Shown here piece after piece: positions 23,472-37,760 of a stretch of DNA of 64,000 bases. Within the stretch, counting starts at the first letter, position 1. Every line of letters starts with the position of its first letter. A program made the translations under genes and the position numbers. The notes under the pieces are model-generated. The model did not search any database. It was not told the origin of the DNA and was given only the letters and a program-made list of their open reading frames with translations. This DNA is from Octopus vulgaris (taxonomy: Eukaryota): contig OX597818.1 in assembly GCA_951406725.2 (NCBI GenBank), forward strand, positions 96,348,001 through 96,412,000. The letters are read 5' to 3'.

Positions 23472-25833
23472 AATAATGATAATAAAACAATCATTTAAGG
23501 AAAGGAATGAGTCGACGCATAATGTGGAGAAAAGATCTAGTTCACTTCCGAAACCGTTTCTAAATATTCTCCCAATATGCGCAGGTATGGCTGAGCGGTT
23601 AAGAAGCTCGCTTTTTTAATTATGTGGTTTTAGGTTCAGTCTCACTGCACATCATCTTAAGCAGAGTCTTCTACTGTATTCCAGGGACGACCAATACCTT
23701 CGGAGTAACTTGGTAGACAGAAATTGCGTGGAAGCCCATAATATTTATGCATATATACGTGCACACACGCGTGTGTATGTGTCTTCGTGTGTTTGCTATA
23801 TTTATGTGTATGTGTCTTTGCTAGTGTTTGACGACCATTGTTGGTTTGTTTGCTTCCCCGTAACTTAACGGGTTGACAAAACAAGGCCCATAGGATAAGT
23901 ACAGTTATTGAAACAAGAGGAAAAATATTACAAATTTTAAAAATATATAATACAATATTTATTTCTTGCATATATTTTTACCACAGATGTAAAATTCATT
24001 TTTCTTTTTGTGTATAGAACAGAACAGCCCAGTCTCTCATGAAATACTTGCAAGTTTTACTGAGGATTCCGTATAGCTGCAGTTTTGTGTTAAAGGAGAA
24101 TGTCGAGAGCTGTTTAAAATCCCAAATACTAAGTAACAGAGCAGCTTAAAACTTACAAAGGCTAAGTGATAGAGTTGTACCCATAAAAAATCCTGGTAAT
24201 TCATGGTTTATAATATTCTATGATTTGTTTTACCCCAGTCATAAACCATTTGATTTTACTACTAGTGCGTGTTGATAATCTGATCCAAATGTGTTATCGC
24301 AGTCGTATTTGAGTAACAACTATCAGCATTTTGTTGTACCTCGGGAAGGTCATTGCGTCTGTAATAAACACACGTACTGGTTCTAGTTCACTTCTTTACT
24401 GTTTGTCAATTGATTAATTATTTAGCTAATTAACCAATAGATTTTTTTGATTAATCAACCAATCAGTTATGTTTGTCCGATTTCTTTCGTCGTCATTCAC
24501 GAATTCTTCAGTGACATGCCCTCTCTATTCTATGTCACCTTCAGGTCTGTCTCTTAGATGTGAGAGACAGTGTGTGTGAGAGAGGAAAGGAGAGATAAAG
24601 AGAGTGTGTACGCGCGTGTATGTATGCGTGCATGTGTGTGTGGAGGTGCGTGTGTTGAGGTACGTGTGCGGAGGTGCGTGTTTGTGCAGTGTAGTTTCTT
24701 CTGTAAGTACACTAGAGAGTGTATTTGCGTGTGCATGTGTAACCGTGTCTAATATTTGATCTCATCAATTATGATGGTTAACATCTCACACTGGAAAGGT
24801 CTTCATTTGTGGCAAGAAAATACTCTAGTTATATTCTACGAGGTCTGGTGTGCAATTGACAGGCCTTATTACTAGTAATGTAACAACACGTAAATCTAAT
24901 AGTACTGTGTTCAGTGACACGAGATTCGACAGTGCAAATTGTAATTATTCATAAAGCAGAAGACTCACTAAAAGCCAACGACTGCACATTTGAAAGAACG
25001 TCAGCGTTGGTGGAGAGAAGAAAGCCAGAGTAGAAGAAATAAAATTACAATATCTTGTATTTATGTACTGCATACATCACAATATTTCCTCATCTGTTTC
25101 TATTTTCATTAAAGTACATGAAAATAAGAAAATAAATTAATCAATATTTTCTCTCAGAGAAGTGTGATCAAATTAGTTATTCCATTTCTCTTATTCAGAA
25201 CTGCGTCAACAAGAGAAAATGGCGCCCTTGAGTTTAGCGAAGAAGAAATGGTTCTGTGATGTTCATACCCTACCTCAGTTATTAACGAAGAAAGTAAAGC
25301 AAAAACAAAAGATCTATGTGACACAAAAGAAAGTTGGAGGTTCAATTCGCCAGAAGCTTACATTTTACTTTTCAGTTGAGTTCAATTTATCATTGTATAT
25401 AAATACTATAGAGAGTACAATTACAATCGGAGTCATCTATGTTGGAGGGACAAAAAGTAAGTATAACAGTGATAACAACACATCAATTGAATTATAATAA
25501 TATAATATCAATAATATTAATACGCTAAATTTTTCTTTTTATACGTACCTGTTGTATGAGAGAAGTGGCAAAGCGAGAGAGAGGAGGACAGAGATGAAGT
25601 AAGAGAGAGAGAGAGAAAGGGAGAGTTAGAGAGAAAGTGAGAGAGAAAAAGAGAGAAAGTGAAAGAGACAGTGATTGGTGATGGCGTTAGTTTTTTGTTT
25701 TATGTTTCAGAGAGTAAGTAAGAAAGAAAGAGAGAGAGAGTGGTGACAGCGTTCGTTTTGTGCTTTTAAATGTTTCAGAGAGGACGTAAGAGAGAAAGAA
25801 AGAAAGTGAGAGAGAGAAAAAGCGAGAGAGAAT

Positions 25834-25879
<46 letters not shown>

Positions 25880-27444
25880 GAGAGTGAAAGAGACAGTGAG
25901 TGGTGACGCTGTTCGTTTTGTGTTTTTAAATGTTTATCACATCGCAAGAGAGGTAGATATATAGATACATATACACATTGTTAAATCAAAAGCAGGAGAG
26001 AAGAGGGACACAAAGGAAGTGAAAGAGAAAGAGACAAAGTGAGAGAGATAGTATATACATAAAAGTTCATACATAGATACATACACACAGCAAATATTGG
26101 ATGTCAATTTCACTTTTCATTACCACACGAGGATAATATTAACACACAAATGGCTGAGTACTCCACAGGCATGCATAACATTAACGCAGTTCTCAGGGAG
26201 ATTCAGCCTCACACAGAATATGACAAGATGACCCCTTTGAATTACAGCTACTACTCGAGACATATATATATGAATGTATTTGTGTGTGTGTATAGTTTAG
26301 GTTAGTTAAAACATGTTTGCAATAATAAGTGTCACGTGGTGGAAATAAACACAATTACCGAACTTTCATTCATAAATCCATTTATTATATCGTTCTTTTG
26401 CATTTCAATGTGTACATTGAGGTTCTTTGAATATGTACGATGTATCTTAAGGTTAAATAGTAATTGCGTTTGTGTAACAGATATTTTGGTTGTATTATAT
26501 AGTCATTGGTGTTACATTACTTTCTATATTCTGTAACTGTCACAATATACTTTTCTATGCCTGAATTTTTTGTGGGGAGGGAGCCAGTTGATTAGATCTA
26601 CCCCAGTACAGAACTGATACTTAATTTATCGACCCCGAAAGGACGAAAGGCGAAGTCAATCTCGGCAGAACTTGAACTCAGAACGTAAAGACAGACGTTC
26701 ATGATATACAAACATTTCTCATGGCACCAGTACACTGTTTACAGATGCTTACATTTTTAAAGTTTTCCGTGAATTTTTCATGGGTTCAGCTAGTATATAT
26801 TAATGACTATTGAGAATTATAGTATATATATTTATATATAATAATATCTGTTTCAACAAAGGATTTCACATCAGGAATCTTGAAAAACAAATCCATAAAT
26901 TCATACATTTACATATATGTATATAATGCATGTTGTATATACATATATGTACATAATAAGTTTATAATACATACATAAATATACATACAATAAAAACATC
27001 AGCGCACGTACGTGTATATGTGTTGATCCATTACTTGTAAAGATTGGTAGAAAAAGAATTGCTTTAATGTCTGATCAAACAGGCATTCGCTATGAAACAT
27101 AGGAACGCCCACTTTGACACTCAGGCCTACATGAGCATTCTTAGAAAAGGCTTATCTAATGAATAAACTTGTCTCTTACTGCGACGTACCTCCTGTGTGG
27201 CATGCACCGCTCTTACGAGTTGCCCTCCTCCTATGAACATAATAACTTTGTACGGCCACCCTCTGCCAATACATCAAGAGGAAGTTGTTTTCTACTGTAC
27301 AATGATGTCAAGTTCACGCAATATCTACTGTTGCTGCCCGAATCGCGTTTCAATTGCCCTGTTAGGCTTGCCATTGGGCCATGAATACGAAATGAAAAAA
27401 GAGAAAGGCGAGGTAGGAAGATAATATACGGCAACTATTCTGTA

Positions 27445-27880
27445 GGGGCATTGTGAGAGTTTATTGAGCGGAAACATCTAAATCTCCACGAGCTCCGGCA
27501 GGGGGTATTGGTGAGCCCTGCTGTACTCTTTCACTACAACTTTCTCTCACTCTTTCTTCCTGTTTCTGTTGCACCTGTATTTCAAAGAGCCAGCCTTGTC
27601 ACACTCTGTGTCACGCTGAATCTCCCCAATAACTACGTTAAGGGTACACGTGTCTGTGGAGTGCTCAGCCACTTGCACGTTAATAAAAGAGTTGCGACGT
27701 CACTGGTGCCAAGCTGTATCGGCCTTTGCCTTTCCCTTGGATAACATCGGTGGCGTGGAAAGAGGAGGCTGGTAAGCATGGACGACTGCTGGTCTTCTAT
27801 AAACAATCTTGCCCAGACTTGTGCCTCGGAGGGTAACTTTCTAGGTGCAATCCCATGGTCCTTCATGACCGAAGGGGTTC
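27445..27880 (+). mobile_element. SINE body lacking tRNA head (family of 34367-34535)
   Basis: Shares gtttattgagcg..aaaca.ctaaa..ctccacgag..ccggcagggg..ccctgctgtactctttcac with 34367-34535, and a central block with 33332-33481. Confidence 0.7.
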
Positions 27881-29411
27881 ACAACTAATTTTGTAGAAGC
27901 TCTATTATTTACAATCCAATTGCTGCCTTCGTCAGCTATAATGATGCGACATTATTTGTTCTGTTATTTGAATATAATGATACAATTGCCATCACTTCTC
28001 TCATCCCTCAAATGTATATCTTTTATCTTTAACTTGTTTTAATGATTGAACTGCGGTCATGCTGGGGACTGCATTGAATGGTTTAATCGAAAAATCGACC
28101 ACAATACTTGATTTAAACCTTGCACTTATACTATGGTGCCAATATGGCGAACCTCAAAGTTACGAGGACGTAACACTAGTTACGCTATCGAAGCTATCGA
28201 AGGACGCGCGCGTGTACACACACACACACGTATATGCGAGGGGCTTCCACATAGTTTCCGTCTGCCAGTTATAAGTTAGTTGACCCAGAGAATATAAAAG
28301 TGGGACCGAAGTGGAAACTATATGCTTGCAAAGCAAACTACTTAACTACACAGCCATGCTTGCACCCATGTTTATTTATTTTCCTTACTGGCCTAAACTC
28401 TGTTTTATGACAGACCATTTCTATAAGTATATAAAACAATATGTCCATGAAAAAAGAAGAAAAGAAAAAAAGATCATCAGTTATTTTGACTGAATCCCAT
28501 TTATCAACCCTAAATAGCTTGAAAATAAAATCGTGAGCTCCGAGACTTTGAATGTAGAAAGGCTAAATTTAATTCTGTTAAGTCCGCCAGTTCATTAGAT
28601 TGAGCTGAAATATACATGAGTTTTCTTGATGTAGTCTTACAACAATGTGTGGGTTGGTGTTGGGTGAAACAGATAAACTTTGAGAAATGTTTATGTAAAA
28701 ATTAAAGTGACAGAAATTAAGTCAATGTTTTGTAATAACTGAACATTGCTTTTTGCCGTCTTTGTAAAATAAATGAAATAACACCAGCGAGCAAAAGTAC
28801 AAATTGTTTAATTAAACCGGCACCTAGAATCATATTAAATCTATAATTTCAGCAATATTCAGCGATATTTTTATTTATTTATTTACTTTTGTATTGTAAT
28901 GCTATTTGAAATGTTATTAGAAATAAATTCTACATTACATAATATAGATCTAACCATAACAAGTTAATCCTTATCTTAAAATACAGATCGTGTCTAATCG
29001 CTGGATGTAGGTCATACAACGATAAACTTTTAGTCAGAAGTGTTAGATTCAAATTTTACCTCTGTATCTGTCTGTCTGCCTATAGATATCCGTATAAGGT
29101 AGGGAAAATGATAAAGACAATGATTGAAAGCAAGTTAGTGGAGAAAGCAAACCACTGGATTTGGTTAAAAAGAGATGGCGATCAATGGCTAGAAGAATGC
29201 TAATAACTTGCTGTTTTCGCAAGTGGCACCTCATCTTTGGGAGAGAGGCCGGTGTGCAATAATGCCGTCGAAAAGTAGGCCCCGGACCGGAGTGCATTCT
29301 TTTCTGATGACCGTATGAACATGTTAGTGTTCTGTATGCAGAACTCTCAACTGGTAGCACTCATATCTGCAATTTGATTACAAATATTCATGTATGTATG
29401 TATGCATGAAC

Positions 29412-29461
<50 letters not shown>

Positions 29462-30014
29462 ACGGAGAGATAGAAAGAGAGGTAAAGAGAATTTAGACAG
29501 AGAGATAAACTAGCCACCTAAAAGATTGACTTTGTTTCATAAACATAGTCCTTGTTGCAGTAATCATCAAACGAAAAGCCAGATGATGAGCGTAGTGGCA
29601 AAGAACACGAATAAGTTTAGATTGCTCGTTGAAACAATTTGATACTTATTACCTTTCTAATGTCATTCAAAACATGAAAATTAAGCAATCTTGTTTCGCA
29701 CCCCGCTCCGTATAATTCACAGAACTTTTATATATGTAGAAAGACCTTAACATATTAAATTTAAAAAAAGATTATTAATTTTAGAAAATCAGAATCATGT
29801 TTGTCTCAGATCAGCCATGGTGAAAGACATCTATGATTGACTCTCTTTGCCATTGCTAAGGAATTTTCAGATGAATCCTGTTTCCTTATAGCAAGCAATG
29901 TATCTTACATAAAAAGATAGAATGAAAATAAAACACACACACACGTATATACTAAACTATGAGAGTTATATGTTAGTTACACTTGTAGTGAATCAGATTA
30001 AAATGTGGAAACTA

Positions 30015-30581
30015 TTGCGTTGTCCGGATAGTTCGTGTCGATTTGTAAAGGAAAGAAAAAGGTCAATAAGTACTTGCCATTACATTTTTAATTAACCAAA
30101 TATGAACCATTTTGTTGCACAATGCGTCTCCATCTTTCCTTTAACTTGAAAATACCCTCTTCCCAGAATTGAGGTGGTTTCATGGCAAATAATTCATCAA
30201 GGTATCTTTTTACGTCATTCAAAAAATTGAAATTTTTACCATTAAGACTATTCTGCAGAGAACTGAATAAGTGGAAATCCGAAGGAGCAATATCTGGTGA
30301 ATATGGAGGGTGGGGTAACACATCCCAGTCGAGCTGCAGCAATTTTTGTCTCGTTCCCAAAGCATCAAGTACCGAAAATGAACTTTCTTATCTTCCATTT
30401 TAAAGGGTTACAGAATTAACACAGGTTATAGGAACATAAACCTTCCACGAAAAGATAGCTTAAACTGTGCTCTAAATGGAGGTGTAGTCAAATCCTATTA
30501 ATTTTATGGACTCAACCATGTTCTAAAATAAGTCGAAAGGTAAGCTAATATAAATCGGCACGAACTTTCCGGACAACCCGA
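30015..30581 (-). mobile_element. Non-autonomous mariner (internal deletion)
   Basis: TIRs ttgcgttgtccggatagttcgtgtcgattt / aaatcggcacgaactttccggacaacccga, TA on both sides; ORF 30088-30360 with LPHPPYSPDIAPSDFHLF. Confidence 0.9.
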
Positions 30582-33296
30582 TACATTAGTAACGATGTGG
30601 ATATGCGAACGATGTGGATATGCACCTAAATATTTGATCATGCCTTTTATTTTAATCCATTAACGATAGCAATATACTTACTCGTTGATGGAGGACATTA
30701 ATCAACAATAGCATTGTGTCAGCTAATTTTATAATGTGGTGACAGCGTGTTATTGTTTACACCCCTCCCCACCCTATCCAAAGGTGTGCCACTGTAAGTT
30801 GCTTTATTTTTAAAACTGTTTGATCGATAATCTTGTAATACATTCAAAGAAACAATTTTCTCTATGCGATATATTCCTTACTTTTGCCGCTGTGAAAGTA
30901 GAAATTATACAAGAAGCGGTTTAACCTAGAAAATGAACTATTCTGGATGTAAAATATTATATACGAAAGAGTCAAATCACTCTTACGCTTAGGGTCCCGT
31001 TCTCTACGACTTGACGACTTGACGACTTTGGCTTCTGCACATATTGAAACATCACCAGAGAGCACCATCTCGGCAACTCTGACTTCACATCCTGGTGCAT
31101 TTCCTCAGGGTACCCCCTTGACGGCTCTGACTTCCCTATAGGCTCTCGTTTCGGTATAGATTGGCTGAAGAATGAATTACGAATAGTAAAGTAAGTCATT
31201 TTTTGCGGGCTGAGCGAACTTTTTATCACTTGTTCGACGATAGCCGTTTTTACTATCAACTACTTGAGCAATCATGTAGTCTAATTACATTACAACAATC
31301 ATTACAGCCACGAAAAAGTGTGCAACTCACTTATCGGCCACAACGCCGCAGCTTGTTTAGACTCACGCAGCTGACACATTTTTATTTACCTTTATTTAAC
31401 TAACTACATGTTTAATGAAAATGAAAAGATGAACACATGCACCATTTACTGTTACAAGCTATTACAGCTTAAACTACTGCCACAAGTCACGATAATTTGA
31501 CCATTGTTACAAGCCACTGTAGCTTAAACTGCTGTCTCAAGTTACCGCAGCTTTTACAACCAATGTAGACTACAGTTTACAAGCTGCTGTAGTTTACGCA
31601 AGACACTTTAGCTGATCAGTCCAAATCCTTCGTCTTTTGTATCAGCGAAAGGGCTTTTTCATTCGGCTAGTCTCAATACGAGATACGCACTTAACTGAAA
31701 GAATGCTCAAAGAAATAAATAATTTCTACAAATTCCAGAAAGTGTGCCATTTCTTATTTTTACCGAAGAGAAATTATCAACATAGCGAAACTATTTGTTC
31801 TAATTGTGTAACATTGAAACCAATGTAGAATTAATTTTCAGATGCAAAGCTTTATTATTATCAATGTTGTAATATTTTTTAAAGGCTTATATATTACTGA
31901 TTGAATTAACTATGGACTGACAACCTTTTGTATTTTTCATATGGACTGCTGTTTTTCATTTTAGATGAAATGTCATTTTTCTATAACATATGAACTGCTT
32001 CCTATCTTTTAAACTACCTTTTTAAAATCACTATCTATGATAATTTTCCCCACAATCAACTATGGAGCCAACAGGTCTGAAGCAGAGACCTTATTTCTAG
32101 AAACATGTTAGAAATAGCCAATATAAATACTTTTAGCAAATCTGAGTTCTACACATTTGTTATTTTGTGAGCGCACCACACGTTTTATTAACTACACACT
32201 CAAAAAGCTGACTGTAACAAGGACCAAATGTATTTGACCCTTACTTTGGAGTTCTTTGCACTACTACAGCTTACATTAATACAACAACCAATTGAAAATA
32301 TACAAATAAACAGATACAGAAAAAAACCCATTTAGATATAATTATCCACTTAGAGGGGAATAAGTGGACTTACAAATAGGAAGACAAAGTAAAGGATCAA
32401 TAGAGACACAAAGACATGGAGTCGAATAAATTGATCGATAGATAAATAAACAGTGAAGAGAGCGGATAGCTTTTGACGATAAGCGAATGCGAGGTGTGAG
32501 TGTATATGAAAGAAATACAAAGATAAATATAAATGTACACGCTGTTATAAGAGAGTAGTTAAAAGAATCGGATTCGGAGCCGGACAATCAATGTTGCTTT
32601 CGACAAGTGTTCCAGTTCCGAAATTCAAATAATCAGTGGTGACAGAATCAATAAAGCTTGGTTTACAGGCCAGAAGTTCCAAGGTCATTAGTTATTATGA
32701 GTGAAATCCAGAGTTTCTAGTTCGTTTAGCTTCAGTTAAATAAAAGGTGACAGAGATTGCAAACATGAGCGGCTGTTGCATTATTTCCAGAGGTTTATAT
32801 ATCTTAACCAGCTAATGCAATGAAAACTAGCACAAGGTAGCATATTCCGGCAATGCATAAAACGAAAATTAAAAGCATTTAATATAGAGCATTAATTTTC
32901 AACGTAATTTTTGTTTTAATCCAACTTCTGATCAGGAGTACTTGTGACTTTTCTTCATGCAGATCTCCTATTTGTATTTTAATTTTGATGTATTTCAAAA
33001 TTAATCGTCTTATTCTTTGAACTTGAATTTTTGTTTTAAATATGAGATTTTATTTTGTTAATCCGACTAAGTCAACTAAAGTTTAAATAACTTGTTTAAA
33101 GAAATCCCAGTGTGTCATTTTACACGTGCTACTATGGGGATCTGTTTAAATAATGTATTGTTTTGTGTTATCCAGTCATTATACTGTGGCCACACTAGAG
33201 CGCCGCCCAGAAGTATAAATATACGGCCGCTCAGGGATATGAACCTGCGATTTCAGATTAAAAGTCTGATGGTCTAACAAATGAGATAAACTTGTA

Positions 33297-33334
<38 letters not shown>

Positions 33335-33479
33335 GTGTCACGCTGAATCTCCCCGAGAACTACGTTAAGGGTACACGCATCTGTGGAGTGTTCAGCCACT
33401 TGCACGTTTATTTCAAGAGCAGGCTGTTCCGTTGATCGAATCAACTGGAACCCTCGTCGTCGTAACCGACGGAGTGCCA

Positions 33480-33531
<52 letters not shown>

Positions 33532-33538
33532 GTATATT

Positions 33539-33596
<58 letters not shown>

Positions 33597-34002
33597 GTAG
33601 ATAAATAAATTAAACTATTTTTCTGTAGATTGAAAAAATGACTAAGAGCCTCAAGCGATATTCGAACCTCATCAAATATGTCCACTCCACTTAACCAACA
33701 TATGCACTATAAATATGTTTAATGTACACTATAAATGCGTATATACAATTACTTATTACATTACTAACTAATCCAATTAACTGATGGTAAAAGAAATGAA
33801 ATTCGAGTATGTATATTATAATTAACAGAGTGGCTTTTCCAAATGTATTATACATGTGTGTGTGTGTGTGTATCTTAATGTATGTATATGTATATATAAT
33901 TATGCGTGTATCTATATACATATGTATATATATAAATGTATGAATATATGTGTGTGCGTATGTATATATATATATATATATATACATACATACATACATA
34001 TA

Positions 34003-34063
<61 letters not shown>

Positions 34064-34366
34064 GGATAAGATCGTTAATTTAAATATCGATCTTATCAAT
34101 TGGGCAGCATGGGTATAAAAACATTCAAAGGTAATAATTATGATTAAAATTATAATTTAGGGTATCTAAGAGATACCACCACGCTGGAAATAGCAGCCAA
34201 AACTTGACTCTAAAACTACATTAAATGTTCATACAGCACCAGGAGAGAAGACAAAGGGACAAAATAAACTATCAAAACATTACTGGATAATTCCAGATCC
34301 CGGATTTCTGACTCTGCGTAAGAAATGCTTAGCCTCATCAGTGGAATATACACAGATATTATATAT

Positions 34367-34535
34367 GGAGGCGCAATGGCCCAGTGGTTAGGGCAGCGGA
34401 CTTGCGGTCGGAGGATCGCGGTTTCGATTCCCAGACCGGGCGTTGTGTGTGTTTATTGAGCGAAAACACCTAAAAGCTCCACGAGGCACCGGCAGGGGAT
34501 GGTGGTGATCCCTGCTGTACTCTTTCACCACTCTA
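34367..34535 (+). mobile_element. tRNA(Arg)-like-headed SINE, 5' part
   Basis: ggcgcaatggcccagtggttagggcagcggacttgcggtcggaggatcgcggtttcgattccc has A and B boxes; the body matches the repeat at 27445. Confidence 0.75.
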
Positions 34536-35146
34536 AAGGCGGTGAAACAAGTACAAAAAAAAAAATATATATATATATAATATATTTGAAGAAAAGAAGG
34601 GTAAAGATACCGCTTACTAAAAATCAAAACGAAAGCTTAAAAAAACACTAATTCTACGATAAATACACAAACGAACAATGTAATGAATATTTTAAAAAAT
34701 AGGTTTACCTTCAGGATGGAATATGAAGCAGCTAAAACATATCCCAATATCAATTGATTTCATGCTGTGCATGAGGAACATGCTTTGCAATCCTCAGTTG
34801 GAAATATTATTTAACATCTATTTCTAAAATATTCATTACGTCAACTCCTGTGTATTTCTAACTTTAAACGTTCCACTCTGTTTAAAAAGAAAGACTATCG
34901 TAAACAATAAAAAAGTAAATATGTGAAGTATTATTATTGTTAAAATCAGTAAAATGAGGTGGTTAGCAAGACTTCTACCTAAACAGGTACAATATAAAAT
35001 ATTTGGAGAAAAGAAAGGTAAAGATACCGCTTGCTAACAATCAAAGCGAAAGCTTTAAAAAATCCACCAATTCTACAATGAATACACACACGAGCCACCT
35101 CATTATTACTGTTTTCAACAGTAATAATACTTCACATATTTACTTA

Positions 35147-35218
<72 letters not shown>

Positions 35219-35289
35219 TGTATGTATGTATGTATGTATGTATGTATGTATGCATGCATATTTTCTCTCTCTCTCTCTCGCGTTCTCCT

Positions 35290-35334
<45 letters not shown>

Positions 35335-35399
35335 GTTCGAGGGATGTGGTGACAATTATATGACACGAAGCAACGTAAAAAATGTTATTTATCTATTAT

Positions 35400-36100
35400 T
35401 TGATTATTAATTGGTCACTTAGAAGAATGACAGTAATTAATCTTAGTAATCAATTCTCTTGTAATGGAGAGCAGAACTAACTCAGACAATTTACTCCGAC
35501 AAATTGTATGATGAAGTTAGAACTTTGTGTGTCTCAACTGATTAAAGGATCGCTCGGTAGCTGGGCTAGTTATTGGGTAAGCTAAACTGAAATATGTCCG
35601 TGGGTTAGGATAAATGAAATAAACACCATTGGTAATCATGAATTTAAGTACATTGACAGCAATCAGTTTCTCGGCGCTCGAATTTACTTTCCGCCAAGTG
35701 AACGTTATTCCTTTGCATACGTCTTTGTATGAAAGCAAAACTCTTGTTTTTGACCCTGGATTTTTTGACCCTGGATTTTTTGACCCTGGATAACGTCCGA
35801 GTTTGTGTCGAGTAAAAATGATAAAAATCATAAAAATTATCTGCGTCGTCAAAATGGTTTGGTTTGATTGCACTAAATTTCGAAGCCAATTGTTTGAAAT
35901 ACTCAAATCTTACACGTGAGCTATTTACAATAGAATCTAACGACATTTAATATGAATCAACCATTAATTTCATTTGAATATAAAATATTCCTTCAATCTT
36001 TGCGATTTCACCAGAGAATATTTTTCATTGCATCCTTTGTGCTTTCTCACTTACGTATTAATCTTACATTTTCCAGCTAATTTACTTGCTTCATCTCAAT
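35400..36100 (-). mobile_element. hAT transposase C-terminal (dimerisation) remnant
   Basis: AYPITSPATERSFNQLR matches PV(T/S)...ERSFS.L. Confidence 0.55.
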
Positions 36101-36421
36101 CTGTTTGACTTGAAATTTATACTTATTTCGTATATTTTTCATATCTTTTACATAAAGCTGAATCGAATAAGAATTTTTTACCACAGCTAGACACAATTTT
36201 TTGCAAATTCATAAATAAACTGGAAGCCTTGTTTAGCACTTTATTTCACAATATAAGAACGACTAAGCATTCTTAAATACCGATTATTTCCAGTATACAC
36301 CTTGCCTCAGCGATTTGCAACTTCCCTCATATCTGTGCCATGCAAATAGTTTATTCTTAATATTTCTCTATAATAAAAAAATATCGATTAAAGCAATGAT
36401 AATAAAAATTTAGGCAACATA

Positions 36422-36512
<91 letters not shown>

Positions 36513-36567
36513 AAAAAGAAGAAGAAGAAGAAGAGAAAGAAGAAGAAGAAAAAGAAGAAGAAACTGA

Positions 36568-36831
36568 GGTGTTTCGTTCAACATCCTTAAACAATCCTTA
36601 TTCAGGGACCTTTTGAGCAGGATGGGCTACTCGACCAGAAGAAAATTCTAACTGGGCCCCACCTGCAAGGTCATATGCTGTTTATCTTGATATGAGATCA
36701 CCATGTCGCACATATATGGTTGTGATGCATGTGCCTAGTGTACCCTTATCAGACGGGTAGTCATGATGGGTATACTGGGCTTTGTATATTTTACCCCAGT
36801 GTTACTTTGATGGCATGCACTGCTCTCTCAC

Positions 36832-36887
<56 letters not shown>

Positions 36888-37220
36888 TAAATGCCCTGAT
36901 GCAGTACCAGGCAGTGGCTCTCATGACTTTTGATCTTAACAGATTGGAAGTGTTTTCATGTACATTGTTTTGTCTTGGTATATAACATTGATTACAGCAA
37001 ATATTCTGCTCAAAACCGTAGATTTGCTTGTCAGTTGCTTGACCGTAACTAGTTTAGCATGTACCTTACTGGATGACAACATGTGCATCTCTGATCACAG
37101 GCAGAGGTAGTGGGGGAGTATCATAGCCATGTGTTGAGAGAAATCCTTTGGGGTTGGATAATTCACGTTTGGAAACATGGGTGTTTTGTTCAACATCCTT
37201 AAACAACCGTTATTCAGGGA
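36568..37220. mobile_element. Two truncated copies of a (TAA)n-associated repeat (probable R4/Dong-like UTR)
   Basis: 36568-36832 and ~36890-37220 overlap by ~40 bp in sequence and are contiguous in the copy at 18740-19050; each is bounded by (TAA)n/(GAA)n/(TGA)n tracts. Confidence 0.6.
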
Positions 37221-37240
37221 TGATGATGATGATGATGATG

Positions 37241-37283
<43 letters not shown>

Positions 37284-37439
37284 CAACAACAACCTGGAAT
37301 ACGCTGATAGATAGACGTGCATTTATTATCTTACCATTATTGTTTGTTGCCTAAGTCGCGACTCGGCAAGAAGGATCTTGCGATACTGTTGTATATATAC
37401 ACAAGGCCATGATAGGTCGGTAGGAAGAGAACGAGAGGA

Positions 37440-37760
37440 ATATTGAGATGATGCCTTTATAATTAAAGAGTTCATTTCTGTAAATATATAAAGAGAAAAC
37501 ATTTTCCAGTACTTTACTCCAGAATATAAGAGCTACGAAGATTTCATAAGTACTGATTGTTTCCAGTCTACTCTTTGGGTCAGCGAACTGCTTTTCTTCT
37601 TTACCGTCCAGAATTCATTGTAGACCAAGTACTGATTCTGATAAATTCTGTAAGCGTGCTTTTATTGCAAAATTCCTAGACATCTACCTCATATGCCACA
37701 GTTTCTTTAGAACCAGTGCAAAAGATTTGATCTCATTGCATTGTTCTCGATTTACAACAG
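37440..37760 (-). mobile_element. hAT transposase middle-region remnant
   Basis: LKKLWHMR*MSRNF (compare LK.LS.TRW.SR) and ETISTYEIFVALIFWSKVLE; probably the same element as 35400-36100. Confidence 0.4.

Noticed and set aside
26850-26880. HHR-like CTGATGT...GAAAC on the minus strand, and a 15-nt match to 10289-10303
   Set aside because: Helices cannot be formed convincingly, and a 15-mer match is plausible by chance in AT-rich DNA.
30865-31408. Possible solo LTR (TG...CA, higher GC)
   Set aside because: No matching target-site duplication or second copy in the window.
33600-33690. HHR-like TTGATGA...GAAA on the minus strand
   Set aside because: Too degenerate; helix I and stem III are not supported.
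35746-35790. Three 15-bp tandem repeats (ttttttgaccctgga) as a CRISPR-like array
   Set aside because: No spacers and a eukaryotic context; it is a simple tandem duplication inside a hAT remnant.
36568-36832. HDV-like ribozyme in the putative R4/Dong UTR
   Set aside because: I could not build the nested double pseudoknot by eye on either strand; it needs a descriptor search.
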